This document shows positions 8,993 through 18,697 of a DNA stretch of 64,000 nt, piece by piece; position 1 is the stretch's first letter, and each line of letters opens with the position of its first letter. The notes beneath the pieces are model-generated. The model did not search any database. It worked only from the letters and a program-made list of their open reading frames with translations, and was not told the origin of the DNA. A program made the translations under genes and the position numbers. Source of the stretch: Alphaproteobacteria bacterium (lineage in GTDB: Bacteria; Pseudomonadota; Alphaproteobacteria; GCA-2731375); contig CBDDPY010000002.1 in assembly GCA_965232515.1 (NCBI GenBank), forward strand, positions 5,344,001 to 5,408,000, in the 5' to 3' direction.

Positions 8993-11900
8993 GTGTTAAA
9001 CTTGCGGTTTTTGGGCGAAATGGAGGTGGCGCAGGACGGCGTGTCGGTGTCTTTGCCGCCGTCGAAGAAGACGCGCGCGCTGCTGGCCTATCTGGCCGTG
9101 ACCGGACGGTCGCACCGCCGCGACCGTCTATGTGGTCTGCTTTGGGACATTCCCGACGATCCGCGCGGCGCCTTGCGCTGGAGTTTGAGCAAGCTGCGCG
9201 CGCTGGTCGACGACGGCGATCTGCGCCGCATTGCCGCCGACCGCGAGAGCGTGTCCTTCCAGGCCGATGCCGTCGAGATCGACGTCTTGAACGTGCGCCG
9301 CCGGCTTGGGCACGGCGTGGACACTATTCCGACCGACGAGTTGACGGCGCTGGCGACCGCGTTCCGGGGCCCCTTCCTGGAAGGCCTCGATCTGCCGGCG
9401 TGTCCCGATTTCCAGGCCTGGTGCGTCGCCCAACGCGAGGACGCGGTGCGCCTGCGGACCCGGCTGCTGGCGGCGCTGGTCGACCGTCTGGCGGAAGCGC
9501 CCGAGGAAGCGCTGGTTCACGCCCGTTCCTGGGTCGAGACCGATCCGCTGAGCCGGCCGGCGCACGGCGCCCTGTTGCGGCTGTTGATCGCGACGGGCCG
9601 CCGCATGGAGGCCGAACGGCAATACGACGCCGGCTGCCGGCTGCTGCGGGAGCTGGCCGATGACGCCGCGGACGAACTGAGCGCCGTGTGGCGGGACCTG
9701 GTGGCGTGCGCGGCGTCGGATGCCGTCGCGGCGTCGACCGCCGAGGGCGCCGCGCCGCTCGCCGCGGCCCGGTCCGAGACCTTGGTCGGGCGTCTGCGCG
9801 AACGGGCGCGGATCTTGGCGGCGCTCGACGAGACGGCGGGTCAGCGCATCGGCCGCGTTCTCCTGTTGTCGGGCGAGCCGGGCGTCGGCAAGACGCGGCT
9901 GCTGGCGGCGCTGATGGCGGCGGCGCGGCAGCGCGACGGCACCGTGCTCGACGGCTGCGCCTACGAGGCCGAAAGCGGCCGGCCCTACGGTCCCTGGATC
10001 GACGCGATCCGCCGCCTGCCGAAGAGCTATGTCGGCGAGACGCTGGGCGGCGACCTGGGTCTGCTGATGCCGGAATTCGGACAGAACGGCCAGGCCGAAC
10101 ACAGCCGCGACCGACTGTTCGGCGCCGTCGCCGAGGTGGTCGCGGCACGCGCCCACAGTGCACCGCCCGTGCTGCTCGTCTTCGACGACATACATTGGTG
10201 CGACGAGGCGTCGGCGGCGCTGTTGCACTACGTGGCGCGGCTGAATCGGCACCGGCCGGTCTTGACCGCGCTGGCGGCCCGCGACGGCGAGCTGCCCGAC
10301 AACGCGCCGGTGCAGCGGGTCTTGCGCGGCCTGCGCCACGACGGTCTGCTCGACGAGATCGCGCTTGGGCCGATGACGGCCGAGGAGACGGCGGAGCTGG
10401 TGCGGACGCTCGATCCGGCCGCCGATGTGGCTCGGGTCTATGCCGAAAGCGGTGGCAACCCGCTGTTCGCGCTCGAGGTCGCGCGGCATGCGCCGCTGCG
10501 GCGCGACGACCTGCCGCGCTCGCTGTCCGAGATCGTGCGCGACCGGATTCAAGGTCTGCCGGCGGAAGCCGGCGACGTGCTGCGCTGGGCCGCCGTGCTG
10601 GGCCAGGCCTTCAGCGTGCGGCGGTTGAGCGCGCTTTGCCCGCTCGACGTCGATGCGCTGATGCAGGCGCTCGAGACGCTGGAGCGGCATGCCCTGCTGA
10701 CCGGGGTCGATGCTGGGCGGCGGCCGGGCGGCGCTTACGCCTTCGCCCACGACCTGGTGCGCCGCGGCGTCTATACCGGGCTGTCGGAGCCACGCCGCCG
10801 GCTGATGCATTGGCGCGTCGCCGAGGCGCTGTCCGCCGCTTCCGAGACCGACGAGGCGGTCGCGGCCGAGATCGCGCACCATGCCGGATTGGCCGGCGAG
10901 GACGCGACGGCCGCGCGCGCCTGCATCGCCGCCGGCCGGCGCTGTTTGCGCCTGTTCGCCAACGGTGAGGCCTATGCGCTGGCGCGGCGCGGCATGCGCT
11001 ATGCGCGTCGGGTTGGTGAGCCCGACAGCGTCCAGCTGTTGCTGGAGCTGAACGACGTCAGCCTGACCGCGCGTCGGACCACACAGATCGAGGATACGGC
11101 GCGGCGCATCGAACGGCTGGCCGAGCAGGCCCTCGACCATGGCAGCGTCGAGCATGCCCGGCTCGGCTTTCACATGGTCTCGACCCTGCGCTGGGAGGGC
11201 GGCGACTGGACCGGCGCCGAACAGCACACCCGGCGCGCCGCCATGATCGGTCGCTCCGGCGATCCCGCGGAGCAGGTGGTGGCGATGGCCGAGACGGCGC
11301 GCTGCCTCGCCATGCTGGAGCGCGATCTCGATCAGGCCGAGGCGCTGCTGCTGGAAGCCGACGCGCTGGCCGGCCGGGCCGGCGTCGAGCCGCCGTCGAT
11401 CCCGTGCGCCCGGGGCATGCTGCGTCTGCACCAGGGTAAGCTGGGCGAGGCCGCCGAAGTGCTGTCCGACGCCCGCGCCCAGGCCCGTCGGGACGGCGAC
11501 CGCTTCGCCGAGTTCCAGGCCATGGAACAGCTCGTGATGCTGGAACTGCAGCGGCCGGACTATGCCGCCGCTGGCCTGCTTGGCGCGGACCTCGTCGCCA
11601 TCGGCGAAAAGCTGCGCGACGGCAGCGAGGCCCCGTTCGCCCATGCCCTGACCGCGCTTGCCCGTTATGGTGAGGGCTGTGCGGACGCGCTGGCCGATCT
11701 CGAAACCGCGCTCGAAGCCCTCAAACTGGCCGACGCCAAGCACCGGCTCGCCTTCGCGCTGACCCGCGCCGCCGGTATCGATTTGTCCCATGGCCGCGCC
11801 GAAGCCGCCCGCGACCGGGCCGCCGAAGCGCTGCGAATTGCCCGCTTGCTGGAGCGGCCGAGCGAGATCGCGCTCGCCCTGGTAACCTCGGCCCGCGCCG

Positions 11901-12043
11901 CCGTTGTGTTGGACGACACCGAGAGGTTTCGGCACGATGCAGCGGCCTTGCACCGGACGGCGCTGCGCGGCGTCTCGGTGCATGTGCGCCGGGCCGCCGA
12001 AGCTCTGCTGAGCGATGCCGGCGGAGGTTTGTGGACGAGGTGA
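8993..12043 (+). CDS. SARP/BTAD-AAA ATPase-TPR transcriptional regulator
   Basis: N-terminal wHTH (LRFLG..KTRALLAYLA), BTAD, Walker A GEPGVGKT, DDIHWCD, GGNPLF; GTG start inferred. Confidence 0.88.
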   Translation: MLNLRFLGEMEVAQDGVSVSLPPSKKTRALLAYLAVTGRSHRRDRLCGLLWDIPDDPRGALRWSLSKLRALVDDGDLRRIAADRESVSFQADAVEIDVLNVRRRLGHGVDTIPTDELTALATAFRGPFLEGLDLPACPDFQAWCVAQREDAVRLRTRLLAALVDRLAEAPEEALVHARSWVETDPLSRPAHGALLRLLIATGRRMEAERQYDAGCRLLRELADDAADELSAVWRDLVACAASDAVAASTAEGAAPLAAARSETLVGRLRERARILAALDETAGQRIGRVLLLSGEPGVGKTRLLAALMAAARQRDGTVLDGCAYEAESGRPYGPWIDAIRRLPKSYVGETLGGDLGLLMPEFGQNGQAEHSRDRLFGAVAEVVAARAHSAPPVLLVFDDIHWCDEASAALLHYVARLNRHRPVLTALAARDGELPDNAPVQRVLRGLRHDGLLDEIALGPMTAEETAELVRTLDPAADVARVYAESGGNPLFALEVARHAPLRRDDLPRSLSEIVRDRIQGLPAEAGDVLRWAAVLGQAFSVRRLSALCPLDVDALMQALETLERHALLTGVDAGRRPGGAYAFAHDLVRRGVYTGLSEPRRRLMHWRVAEALSAASETDEAVAAEIAHHAGLAGEDATAARACIAAGRRCLRLFANGEAYALARRGMRYARRVGEPDSVQLLLELNDVSLTARRTTQIEDTARRIERLAEQALDHGSVEHARLGFHMVSTLRWEGGDWTGAEQHTRRAAMIGRSGDPAEQVVAMAETARCLAMLERDLDQAEALLLEADALAGRAGVEPPSIPCARGMLRLHQGKLGEAAEVLSDARAQARRDGDRFAEFQAMEQLVMLELQRPDYAAAGLLGADLVAIGEKLRDGSEAPFAHALTALARYGEGCADALADLETALEALKLADAKHRLAFALTRAAGIDLSHGRAEAARDRAAEALRIARLLERPSEIALALVTSARAAVVLDDTERFRHDAAALHRTALRGVSVHVRRAAEALLSDAGGGLWTR

Positions 12044-12048
12044 CAAGC

Positions 12049-12960
12049 ATGCCCGAAGCCGAACGCCAACATATCGCGGTTCGCCGCCTGCACCCGTTGT
12101 TCGCCGCCGAGGTCACGGGCGTCGATCTCACGGCGCCGCCCACCGATGCGGTCTTCGCCGAGATCGCCGCGGCCTTCGATGAACATTCGGTGCTGGTGTT
12201 TCCCGGTCAGCGGCTCGACGACAAGCAGCAACTGGCCTTCGCACGCCGCTTCGGCGACCTCGAGGTGCTGCAGAAGGGCGCCATCGGTGAGCGCACGCTG
12301 CTGGCGGGCATCAGCAACGTCGATCCCGAGACCGACGAGATCATTCCGGCCGACGATCCGCGTCTGTTGCGGCAGTACAGCAACGAGCTCTGGCATACCG
12401 ACAGCTCGTTCAAGCGCGTTTCGGCCAGGGCCTCGCTGCTGCACGCCCGAGAGGTGCCGCCGGCGGGCGGCGACACGTCGTTCGCCTGCATGCGCGCCGC
12501 CTGGGACGCGCTGCCGGCAGCGAAGCAACAGCTGTGCAAGGCGTTGGTCGCCGAGCACAGCTTCGCCTACAGCCGCGGGCTGACCGTGAAGGAGGACTTC
12601 CTGACGCCGGAACAGAAGGCCGAGGTGCCGCCCGTGCCGCAGGCTCTTGTCGTCGCCAACGCCCGCAACGGCCGCAAGGCGCTCTACGTCGCCAGCCACG
12701 CCTCGCACATTCTGGGCTGGCCGCGCGCGCGGGGCCGGGCGCTGCTCGACGAGCTGACGGCGCACGCGACCCGGCCCGAGTTCGTCTACACGCACCGCTG
12801 GCGGCAATGGGACCTGGTGATGTGGGACAACCGCGCCACCATGCATCGCGGCAGCGCCTACGACTACCGCCGCCACCGCCGCGTCATGGTCCGCGCCACC
12901 GTCTCCGGCGACGTGGCCACCGTCAGCGCCGACGTGGCGGCGCGCGTGGCGGCAAGCTAA
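12049..12960 (+). CDS. TauD/TfdA family Fe(II)/2-oxoglutarate dioxygenase
   Basis: WHTDSS, GGDTSFA, DLVMWDNRATMHR. Confidence 0.92.
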   Translation: MPEAERQHIAVRRLHPLFAAEVTGVDLTAPPTDAVFAEIAAAFDEHSVLVFPGQRLDDKQQLAFARRFGDLEVLQKGAIGERTLLAGISNVDPETDEIIPADDPRLLRQYSNELWHTDSSFKRVSARASLLHAREVPPAGGDTSFACMRAAWDALPAAKQQLCKALVAEHSFAYSRGLTVKEDFLTPEQKAEVPPVPQALVVANARNGRKALYVASHASHILGWPRARGRALLDELTAHATRPEFVYTHRWRQWDLVMWDNRATMHRGSAYDYRRHRRVMVRATVSGDVATVSADVAARVAAS

Positions 12961-12971
12961 CGGAGGGATCG

Positions 12972-13517
12972 ATGTCCCTGGTGATCGTTGAACGGGAGTT
13001 TCCCGAGCCCGAGCTGTTCGAGGCGATCGACGCGAAGGGCGATAAGGCCGCTTGGTGCTATCAGCTCTATGGCATTCGCTACGACGGCGGCTACTTCGCG
13101 GCCGACAGTCGGAGCATGATCTGCACCTACGAGGCGCCCGATGCCGAGTCCGTTCGCGCGGTACAGCGCCGCTTTGATATGCCGGTGTCGCGGGTCTGGT
13201 CGGCGACGTTCCATCAAGCGACCGATCTTGCCGCCGCCGACGCCGATGCCGTGGCCACGACCGATGTCGTCGTCGAACGCAGCTTCGAGAGCGCCATCGA
13301 CATCGACGCCTTGCAATCGCGGGAGCATGCTGGCCAATGGTGTCTCGACCTGCACCGCGTGCGCTTCGGGCACACCTATCTGGCGCTCGATTGCAAGCGC
13401 ATGCTCTGCCTCTACCGCGCCCCGGACGCCGAATCCGTCCGCACCGCCCAACGCCAGCTCGACATGCCCGTCGACCGCGTCTGGAGCGCCCAGCGCCAGG
13501 AGCCGGTGCCGTGCTAA
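12972..13517 (+). CDS. Tandem DUF4242 (SCO4226-like) domain protein
   Basis: Two internal copies of VER.F...C.Y.APDAESVR..QR...MPV.RVW; GGAGG RBS. Confidence 0.78.
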   Translation: MSLVIVEREFPEPELFEAIDAKGDKAAWCYQLYGIRYDGGYFAADSRSMICTYEAPDAESVRAVQRRFDMPVSRVWSATFHQATDLAAADADAVATTDVVVERSFESAIDIDALQSREHAGQWCLDLHRVRFGHTYLALDCKRMLCLYRAPDAESVRTAQRQLDMPVDRVWSAQRQEPVPC

Positions 13518-13993
13518 CGCCCGCGCGCGTCCGGCAGCGGGGGCAGGCGGCGCGGGACCGGCGATGACTGGATGATCGAGGTGTTGGTCATCGCATAGGG
13601 AATGATGGCGTCGATCAGCGTTTCCAGATCCTCGACCGAACGCACATGCGCCCGCGCGATGAAACAATCCTCGCCGGTGACCCGATCGCATTCGACGATC
13701 TCGGTCCGCGCGTTTAGCACCTCGGCCACCTTCTTGAGCTGGCCCGGGATCGGCCGAATCCGCAGATAGGCGGCGAGCGCTAGGCCCAGCGCCCTCGGAT
13801 CGATCTCCGCCGCGTAGCCCCGGATCACGCCGGCCTCCTCCAGCCGCCGCACCCGCTCCGCCACGCTCGGCGCCGACAGCCCGACAAGGCGCGCCAGCTC
13901 GGCCATGCTTATGCGCGCGTCCCGGGTCAGCGCCTCCAGAATGGCGGTATCCGTCGCGTCCAGCGGGCCGTTTTCGTATCGAAGGCGTTTCAT
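13514..13993 (-). CDS. Lrp/AsnC family regulator
   Basis: LDATDTAILEAL..DARIS, VRRLEEAGVIRGY, RVTGEDCF. Confidence 0.93.
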   Translation of the reverse strand: MKRLRYENGPLDATDTAILEALTRDARISMAELARLVGLSAPSVAERVRRLEEAGVIRGYAAEIDPRALGLALAAYLRIRPIPGQLKKVAEVLNARTEIVECDRVTGEDCFIARAHVRSVEDLETLIDAIIPYAMTNTSIIQSSPVPRRLPPLPDARGR

Positions 13994-14081
13994 TGAAATA
14001 GCTTTCATATCGTAGGGAAATTGGAAATTATCTGTTCGTTCATTTATATCCAAATGCCGTAGCGCCTTTCAATATTCCGGC

Positions 14082-14951
14082 GTGTCGAGTTCGGAAAAAA
14101 TCTTCACCAGGGCCGCGGCGGCGGTGCCGCCCCATCTCTGGTTCGGCGTCAGCGCGGTGTTCCACTATCTCGGCCCGGCTTTCGCCGTGCTGCTGTTCCC
14201 GGCGGTGGGCGTGCTCGGCGTCGCCTGGTTGCGCATCGCGTCCGCTGCCGTGCTGTTCGCGCCCTGGACCCGGCCCTGGCGCACGATCGCCGCTGCGGAC
14301 GGCCGGACGCGGTGGTTGCTGCTGGGGCTCGGGCTCTGCCTGGCGGTGATGAACTGCGCCTTCTATCTGGCGCTCGACCGGCTGCCGATAAGTCTGGTCG
14401 CCGCGATTGAGTTCGTCGGCACCATCGCCGTCGCCCTTTACGGCCTGCGCACGGGGCGCAACCTCGCGGCGCTGGCGCTCGCCGTTATCGGCGTGTTCAT
14501 CCTGATCGACGTCACCTGGTCGAGCGACCCGCTGGGCCTGTTCTGGGCCTTCCTCAACGGCGCGCTGTTCGTCGGCTACATCGCGCTCGGCCATCGCATC
14601 GCCCAAGGCGGCGCCGGCGGCGGCGTGGAACGTCTGGGCGCGGCCATGGCCGTCGCCTTCCTGTTCGTGCTGCCGGTCGGGCTGGCCGAAGCGCTCGCCG
14701 CGTTCACCGCCCCGATGCTGCTGCTGGCCGGCATCGGCGTCGGTATCTGCTCGTCGGTGATCCCCTATATCTGCGACCAGCTCGCCATGTCGCGCCTGCC
14801 GCGGGCCAGCTTCGCCCTGCTGCTGGCACTACTGCCCGCGACCGCCACCATCATCGGCGTCATCGTGCTGGCTCAGATCCCCAGCGCCACCGACATCCTC
14901 GGCATCCTCATGGTCATGGCCGGCGTCGCCCTGCACAAGCCGGCCGGCTAA
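14082..14951 (+). CDS. EamA/RhtA-like DMT exporter
   Basis: About 10 TM segments, AIEFVG, SSVIPY; divergent from the Lrp gene. Confidence 0.88.
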   Translation: MSSSEKIFTRAAAAVPPHLWFGVSAVFHYLGPAFAVLLFPAVGVLGVAWLRIASAAVLFAPWTRPWRTIAAADGRTRWLLLGLGLCLAVMNCAFYLALDRLPISLVAAIEFVGTIAVALYGLRTGRNLAALALAVIGVFILIDVTWSSDPLGLFWAFLNGALFVGYIALGHRIAQGGAGGGVERLGAAMAVAFLFVLPVGLAEALAAFTAPMLLLAGIGVGICSSVIPYICDQLAMSRLPRASFALLLALLPATATIIGVIVLAQIPSATDILGILMVMAGVALHKPAG

Positions 14952-15265
14952 CGGTCATCGTCGAACACGTCATCGAGCCGCTCCTCGATATCGCGGGGCA
15001 GCGCGCGGTGCGAGTCAGGATCGTGATCGTCGCCGTCACGGACCCGACGGGCGCTGCGGAAGATCAGCAGAAATCCCAGCCCCATGACGATCAGGCCCGG
15101 CGCCTCCGGCGGCACCGTCCAGCCGGCCAGTTCGATGACGAGAACCCCGTCGCTACCGAGGATGATCAGCAGCACGCCCGCCAGGAAGAGCGTCAGGCCG
15201 CCAACGGCGTAAGCGAACCTGACCAGCCCGGAGCGTTGCTTCGGCGCATCTTTGTCGTCAGCCAT
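14948..15265 (-). CDS. Hypothetical two-TM membrane protein
   Basis: 105 aa, two hydrophobic segments and an acidic tail; fills the gap between genes. Confidence 0.55.
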   Translation of the reverse strand: MADDKDAPKQRSGLVRFAYAVGGLTLFLAGVLLIILGSDGVLVIELAGWTVPPEAPGLIVMGLGFLLIFRSARRVRDGDDHDPDSHRALPRDIEERLDDVFDDDR

Positions 15266-15412
15266 CCGAAGTCCCCCTGTGCCTGTCATCCGTTGCCCGA
15301 TCGTACCGGTACCAACGACATGACAGCAGTGAACAGGATAACATCCGCCGGTCCGTATTGTGTTTCCCGCGCCGTCAGGCGGCGCGGTCGCGTCTTTTCG
15401 GGGGTCATCTGT

Positions 15413-16285
15413 ATGTCGAGCCGCGGTCACCGGCTTTCGTTTACGCGCTCGCGCACGCTGCTCGGTGTCGGCCTGATGGTCTTCGCCATGCTGATCGTGC
15501 CGCTGGCCGACGGCCTGGCGAAGTATCTGAGCGCGTCCCATTCGCCCGTCTTCCTCAGTTGGGCGCGCTATGCCGCCGGCACGGTGTTCGTGCTGCCGGT
15601 TCTGATCTTCGCGCGCGGCGGTCTGCGCCTGACGCCGGCGCAACTACCGTCCCAGATCCTCCGCACCGTATTCCTGGCCGCCGCCATGACGCTTTACTTC
15701 ATGGCCATTGCCCGGGTGCCGCTCGCCGACGCGCTCGGCGCCTATTTCGTCGCGCCCATCGTCGCCACCGTTCTGGCCGTGCTGGTGCTGCGCGAGCGGC
15801 TGACGCGGCGCAAGGCCGTCGCCGTCGGCCTCGGCTTCGTCGGCGCGCTGCTGGTGGTCCGGCCAAGCGGGGTAATGGATGTCGGCATGGCCTACGCGCT
15901 TGCCGCCGGCCTACTGATGGCGGGTTATCTCGTCGCCACGCGCATGGCGGCGACGACAAGCTCGCCCTTCGTGACGCTGCTCATCCAGTATCTGCTGGGC
16001 ACGCTGCTGCTCACGCCGTTCGCGGTCGTTGCTTGGCGGACGCCGGCGGCCGAGGCGCTGTGGCTGATCCTCGGCATGGGTCTTTTCTCGGCGGTCAGCC
16101 ACCTGGCCTCGATCTACGCCTTTCGCTTCGCCCAGGCCTCGACGCTATCGCCGCTCGTCTATGTCGAGCTGATCTCGGCGACGATCTTCGGCTTCTTGGT
16201 GTTCGGCGATTTCCCGTCCGTGCTGACCTGGGCCGGCATCGCCGTCATTGTGCTCGGCGGTCTCAGCCTGATCGAACGGCGCTAA
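15413..16285 (+). CDS. DMT (EamA) family transporter
   Basis: DGLAKYL, WARY, LVVRP, ASTLSPLVY, FGDFP. Confidence 0.88.
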   Translation: MSSRGHRLSFTRSRTLLGVGLMVFAMLIVPLADGLAKYLSASHSPVFLSWARYAAGTVFVLPVLIFARGGLRLTPAQLPSQILRTVFLAAAMTLYFMAIARVPLADALGAYFVAPIVATVLAVLVLRERLTRRKAVAVGLGFVGALLVVRPSGVMDVGMAYALAAGLLMAGYLVATRMAATTSSPFVTLLIQYLLGTLLLTPFAVVAWRTPAAEALWLILGMGLFSAVSHLASIYAFRFAQASTLSPLVYVELISATIFGFLVFGDFPSVLTWAGIAVIVLGGLSLIERR

Positions 16286-16857
16286 CTGGCGCCGCCGTCG
16301 CTCTCGAGCGCGGCGCCCGTGCGCGCGACGCAGTCCGGGCAGATGCCGTGCGAGATCCGCGGCGTTAAGGGCCCGGCGAACAGGCCCAGCTGACGCACGG
16401 CGACATCGACCTCGACCCAGCCGCGCTCCGGCAGCTCGATCCGGTTGCACCACGAGCAGGCCTTGACGATCTCGTCCGAGCGCGGGGCGGCCGGATCCAG
16501 CAGCGCCACATACGCGCCGGCATGTTCGCGCACGATGGCGGTGTTGATCTCCAGGCCATGGCCGTCGGCCGACCGCACCGACATCTCGAGATCGCGTCGG
16601 ATCCGCGGGCTGTTGCAACGGAACGGCAGCACCGCCTCGGCTTCGCGCGCGCGAACACGATTGAAGATCATGCGTGACAAGGCGACGGTCTCCTGATCGG
16701 CGATGAACCCCCACAGCGACCGACCCAGAACGGCGTCCGGCGTCAGATGCGGCGCGCCGTTGCGCCGCGCGAAGGCCAGCCAATTGTCGCTTACCGCGAC
16801 GATGCGGTCGGCGGCATCGATCCGATACCGCAGCACCGCGCCGTTCCGGTCGGTCAT
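16282..16857 (-). CDS. PAS-like domain protein with C-terminal CxxC...CxxC motif
   Basis: IDAADRIVAVSDNWLAFA (PAS-like), CSWC and SHGICPDC. Confidence 0.6.
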   Translation of the reverse strand: MTDRNGAVLRYRIDAADRIVAVSDNWLAFARRNGAPHLTPDAVLGRSLWGFIADQETVALSRMIFNRVRAREAEAVLPFRCNSPRIRRDLEMSVRSADGHGLEINTAIVREHAGAYVALLDPAAPRSDEIVKACSWCNRIELPERGWVEVDVAVRQLGLFAGPLTPRISHGICPDCVARTGAALESDGGAS

Positions 16858-16902
16858 GCCGCGCATCGTCCGTCGATGTTCGGGCAACCGCGTTGATGTC
16901 GC

Positions 16903-17427
16903 TCAATTACCGCCGACGCGGGCCAGTCGGTCGAGGTCATCCCAAGCCATGCGGATGCCTTCGATCAGCCGGCCGCCGACCGGTTTGCGCGTGCGCGCCG
17001 CCGCGCGGCCGTTCAGGCGTTCATAGAAACGCACCGCGCCGCTGTTCTCGGCGAAGACCCAGAGGGCGGCGCTATGGAACCCCAGTTGCGGCAACCGCCG
17101 CGCGGCCTCCGCCAATAGTCGCTGGCCGATTCCGCCGCCACGGCGGTCGGGATCGACATGCAAATTGTCGATGTAACCGGTGTTGGGATCGTCCGCGTCG
17201 GGCCAAACCGCGATGAAGCCGATGATGGCGTCCTGCTGCTCGGCGACGAGGATCAGGCCGTCCGAATGGTCCCGCGCGAACACGCCACGCCAGTGGTCCG
17301 CCGTCTCCTCCGCCAGCGCGCCGTCCATGTAAGCGTCGTCGACGATGCCGCGATAGGCGCTGCGCCAGCTCCTGACATGCAGATCGGCAATCGCCGCCGC
17401 ATCGGTCACGTTTGCGTCACGTATCAC
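16903..17427 (-). CDS. GNAT family N-acetyltransferase
   Basis: LHVDPDRRGGGIG, LWVFAENSGAVRFYE. Confidence 0.92.
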   Translation of the reverse strand: MIRDANVTDAAAIADLHVRSWRSAYRGIVDDAYMDGALAEETADHWRGVFARDHSDGLILVAEQQDAIIGFIAVWPDADDPNTGYIDNLHVDPDRRGGGIGQRLLAEAARRLPQLGFHSAALWVFAENSGAVRFYERLNGRAAARTRKPVGGRLIEGIRMAWDDLDRLARVGGN

Positions 17428-17531
17428 CTGTTACTCCGTACTGCCGACAACACTGATGAGGCAGCTACGGAACCTAGTGGGGACCCGGCGTCCTGGTCGA
17501 GCGGTTTTTGCCGGCGGCCGCTGCCCTTAGC

Positions 17532-18686
17532 TCACCATTGGTTGTCCATGGGGAACTTGAGCACCCCATAGGGCGGCGATTTCGGCCGCTCGACGATGAT
17601 CTCCGTACCCGACAGGCTGTCCAGGAAGGCGACGACGTCGTCGATCTCGGCGTCCGTCAGGCCGAGCGGCTTGATCTTGTCGGACTTGGTGCCGAACGGC
17701 TCGTCCTCGCCGCCCTTGTTGTAGAATTCGACCACCTCGTGCAGGTCGAAGAACACGCCGTTGTGCATATAGGGCACGGTATAGGCGAGGTAGCGCAGCG
17801 GCGGCGTGCGGAACTTGCCGATGTCGGCGATGTCCTTGGTCGCGCGGAAACGGCCCGGATCGCGGTCGAGATGCAGGTAGGCCGCTTCCTCGTGCCCGGA
17901 CGAGCGCATGCGTTCGCGGAACGCGATCTGGCGCTGGGCATTTTCGGTGAAGGCGGGATTGGTGGGCAGGCCGATATTGTGGAAGTCCTGATCGGTCAGC
18001 AACGGTCCGCCATGGCAGGCGATGCAGCCGGCCTTGCCCTCGAACAGCGCTTTGCCGCGCAGCGCCGCTTCCGACATGGCGTCCGCCTCGCCGCGCATAT
18101 GGCGGTCGAACGGGCTGTCGTCCGAGATGACGGTGCGCTCATACGCCGCGATCGAGGCCAGCGCCTGGTCATAGTTCGGCGCGGCGTCCCAGACCTCCCG
18201 GAACAGGCGGACATATTCCGGGACCTGCTTCATGCGCTCCTCGGCCAGCACCTTCTTCAGGTTGCCGGCGAGCGCGCCCGAGATCGCCGAATGCGCCTGC
18301 GCCTCCATCGTCGACGCCGACGAGGTCCAGAACCAACCCTTGGTCAGATAGCCCGAGTTCACCACGGTCTGCGAGTTGCGCCAGTGCATGGTGCCGGGAT
18401 AGCCGCGGCCGAGGTCGTTGCCGTCACCCCAGCCGAGCTTCGGATCATGGCAGTCGACGCAACCGATCGACCCGTCGCCCGAGAGACGCGCGTCGAAGAA
18501 CAGGTGCTTGCCAAGGGCTATGTTCGCCTCGGTCATCGGGTTGTCCACGGGGATGGGCATGGGCGGCAGTGCGGCCAGCGGTTCGGGGCCCGCGTTGTCG
18601 GCGGCGGCGAACCGGGTGACGGCCAGCGCCGCCAGCGCGGCGAGCGCGATCGCGCCGAACAGGCTGTTGCGAAGACGTCGGGTCAT
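17532..18686 (-). CDS. Diheme cytochrome c peroxidase / MauG family protein (IdrP-like)
   Basis: Signal peptide, LGKHLFFDARLS, CVDCH, CIACH, FRTPPLR, PYMHNG. Confidence 0.92.
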   Translation of the reverse strand: MTRRLRNSLFGAIALAALAALAVTRFAAADNAGPEPLAALPPMPIPVDNPMTEANIALGKHLFFDARLSGDGSIGCVDCHDPKLGWGDGNDLGRGYPGTMHWRNSQTVVNSGYLTKGWFWTSSASTMEAQAHSAISGALAGNLKKVLAEERMKQVPEYVRLFREVWDAAPNYDQALASIAAYERTVISDDSPFDRHMRGEADAMSEAALRGKALFEGKAGCIACHGGPLLTDQDFHNIGLPTNPAFTENAQRQIAFRERMRSSGHEEAAYLHLDRDPGRFRATKDIADIGKFRTPPLRYLAYTVPYMHNGVFFDLHEVVEFYNKGGEDEPFGTKSDKIKPLGLTDAEIDDVVAFLDSLSGTEIIVERPKSPPYGVLKFPMDNQW

Positions 18687-18697
18687 GGGCGCGCTCC

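Noticed and set aside
9128-12046. Long antisense ORFs (972 aa here; also 28720-31131, 36225-38204, 53222-54985)
   Set aside because: Typical high-GC shadow frames opposite well-supported genes, with no recognisable motifs.
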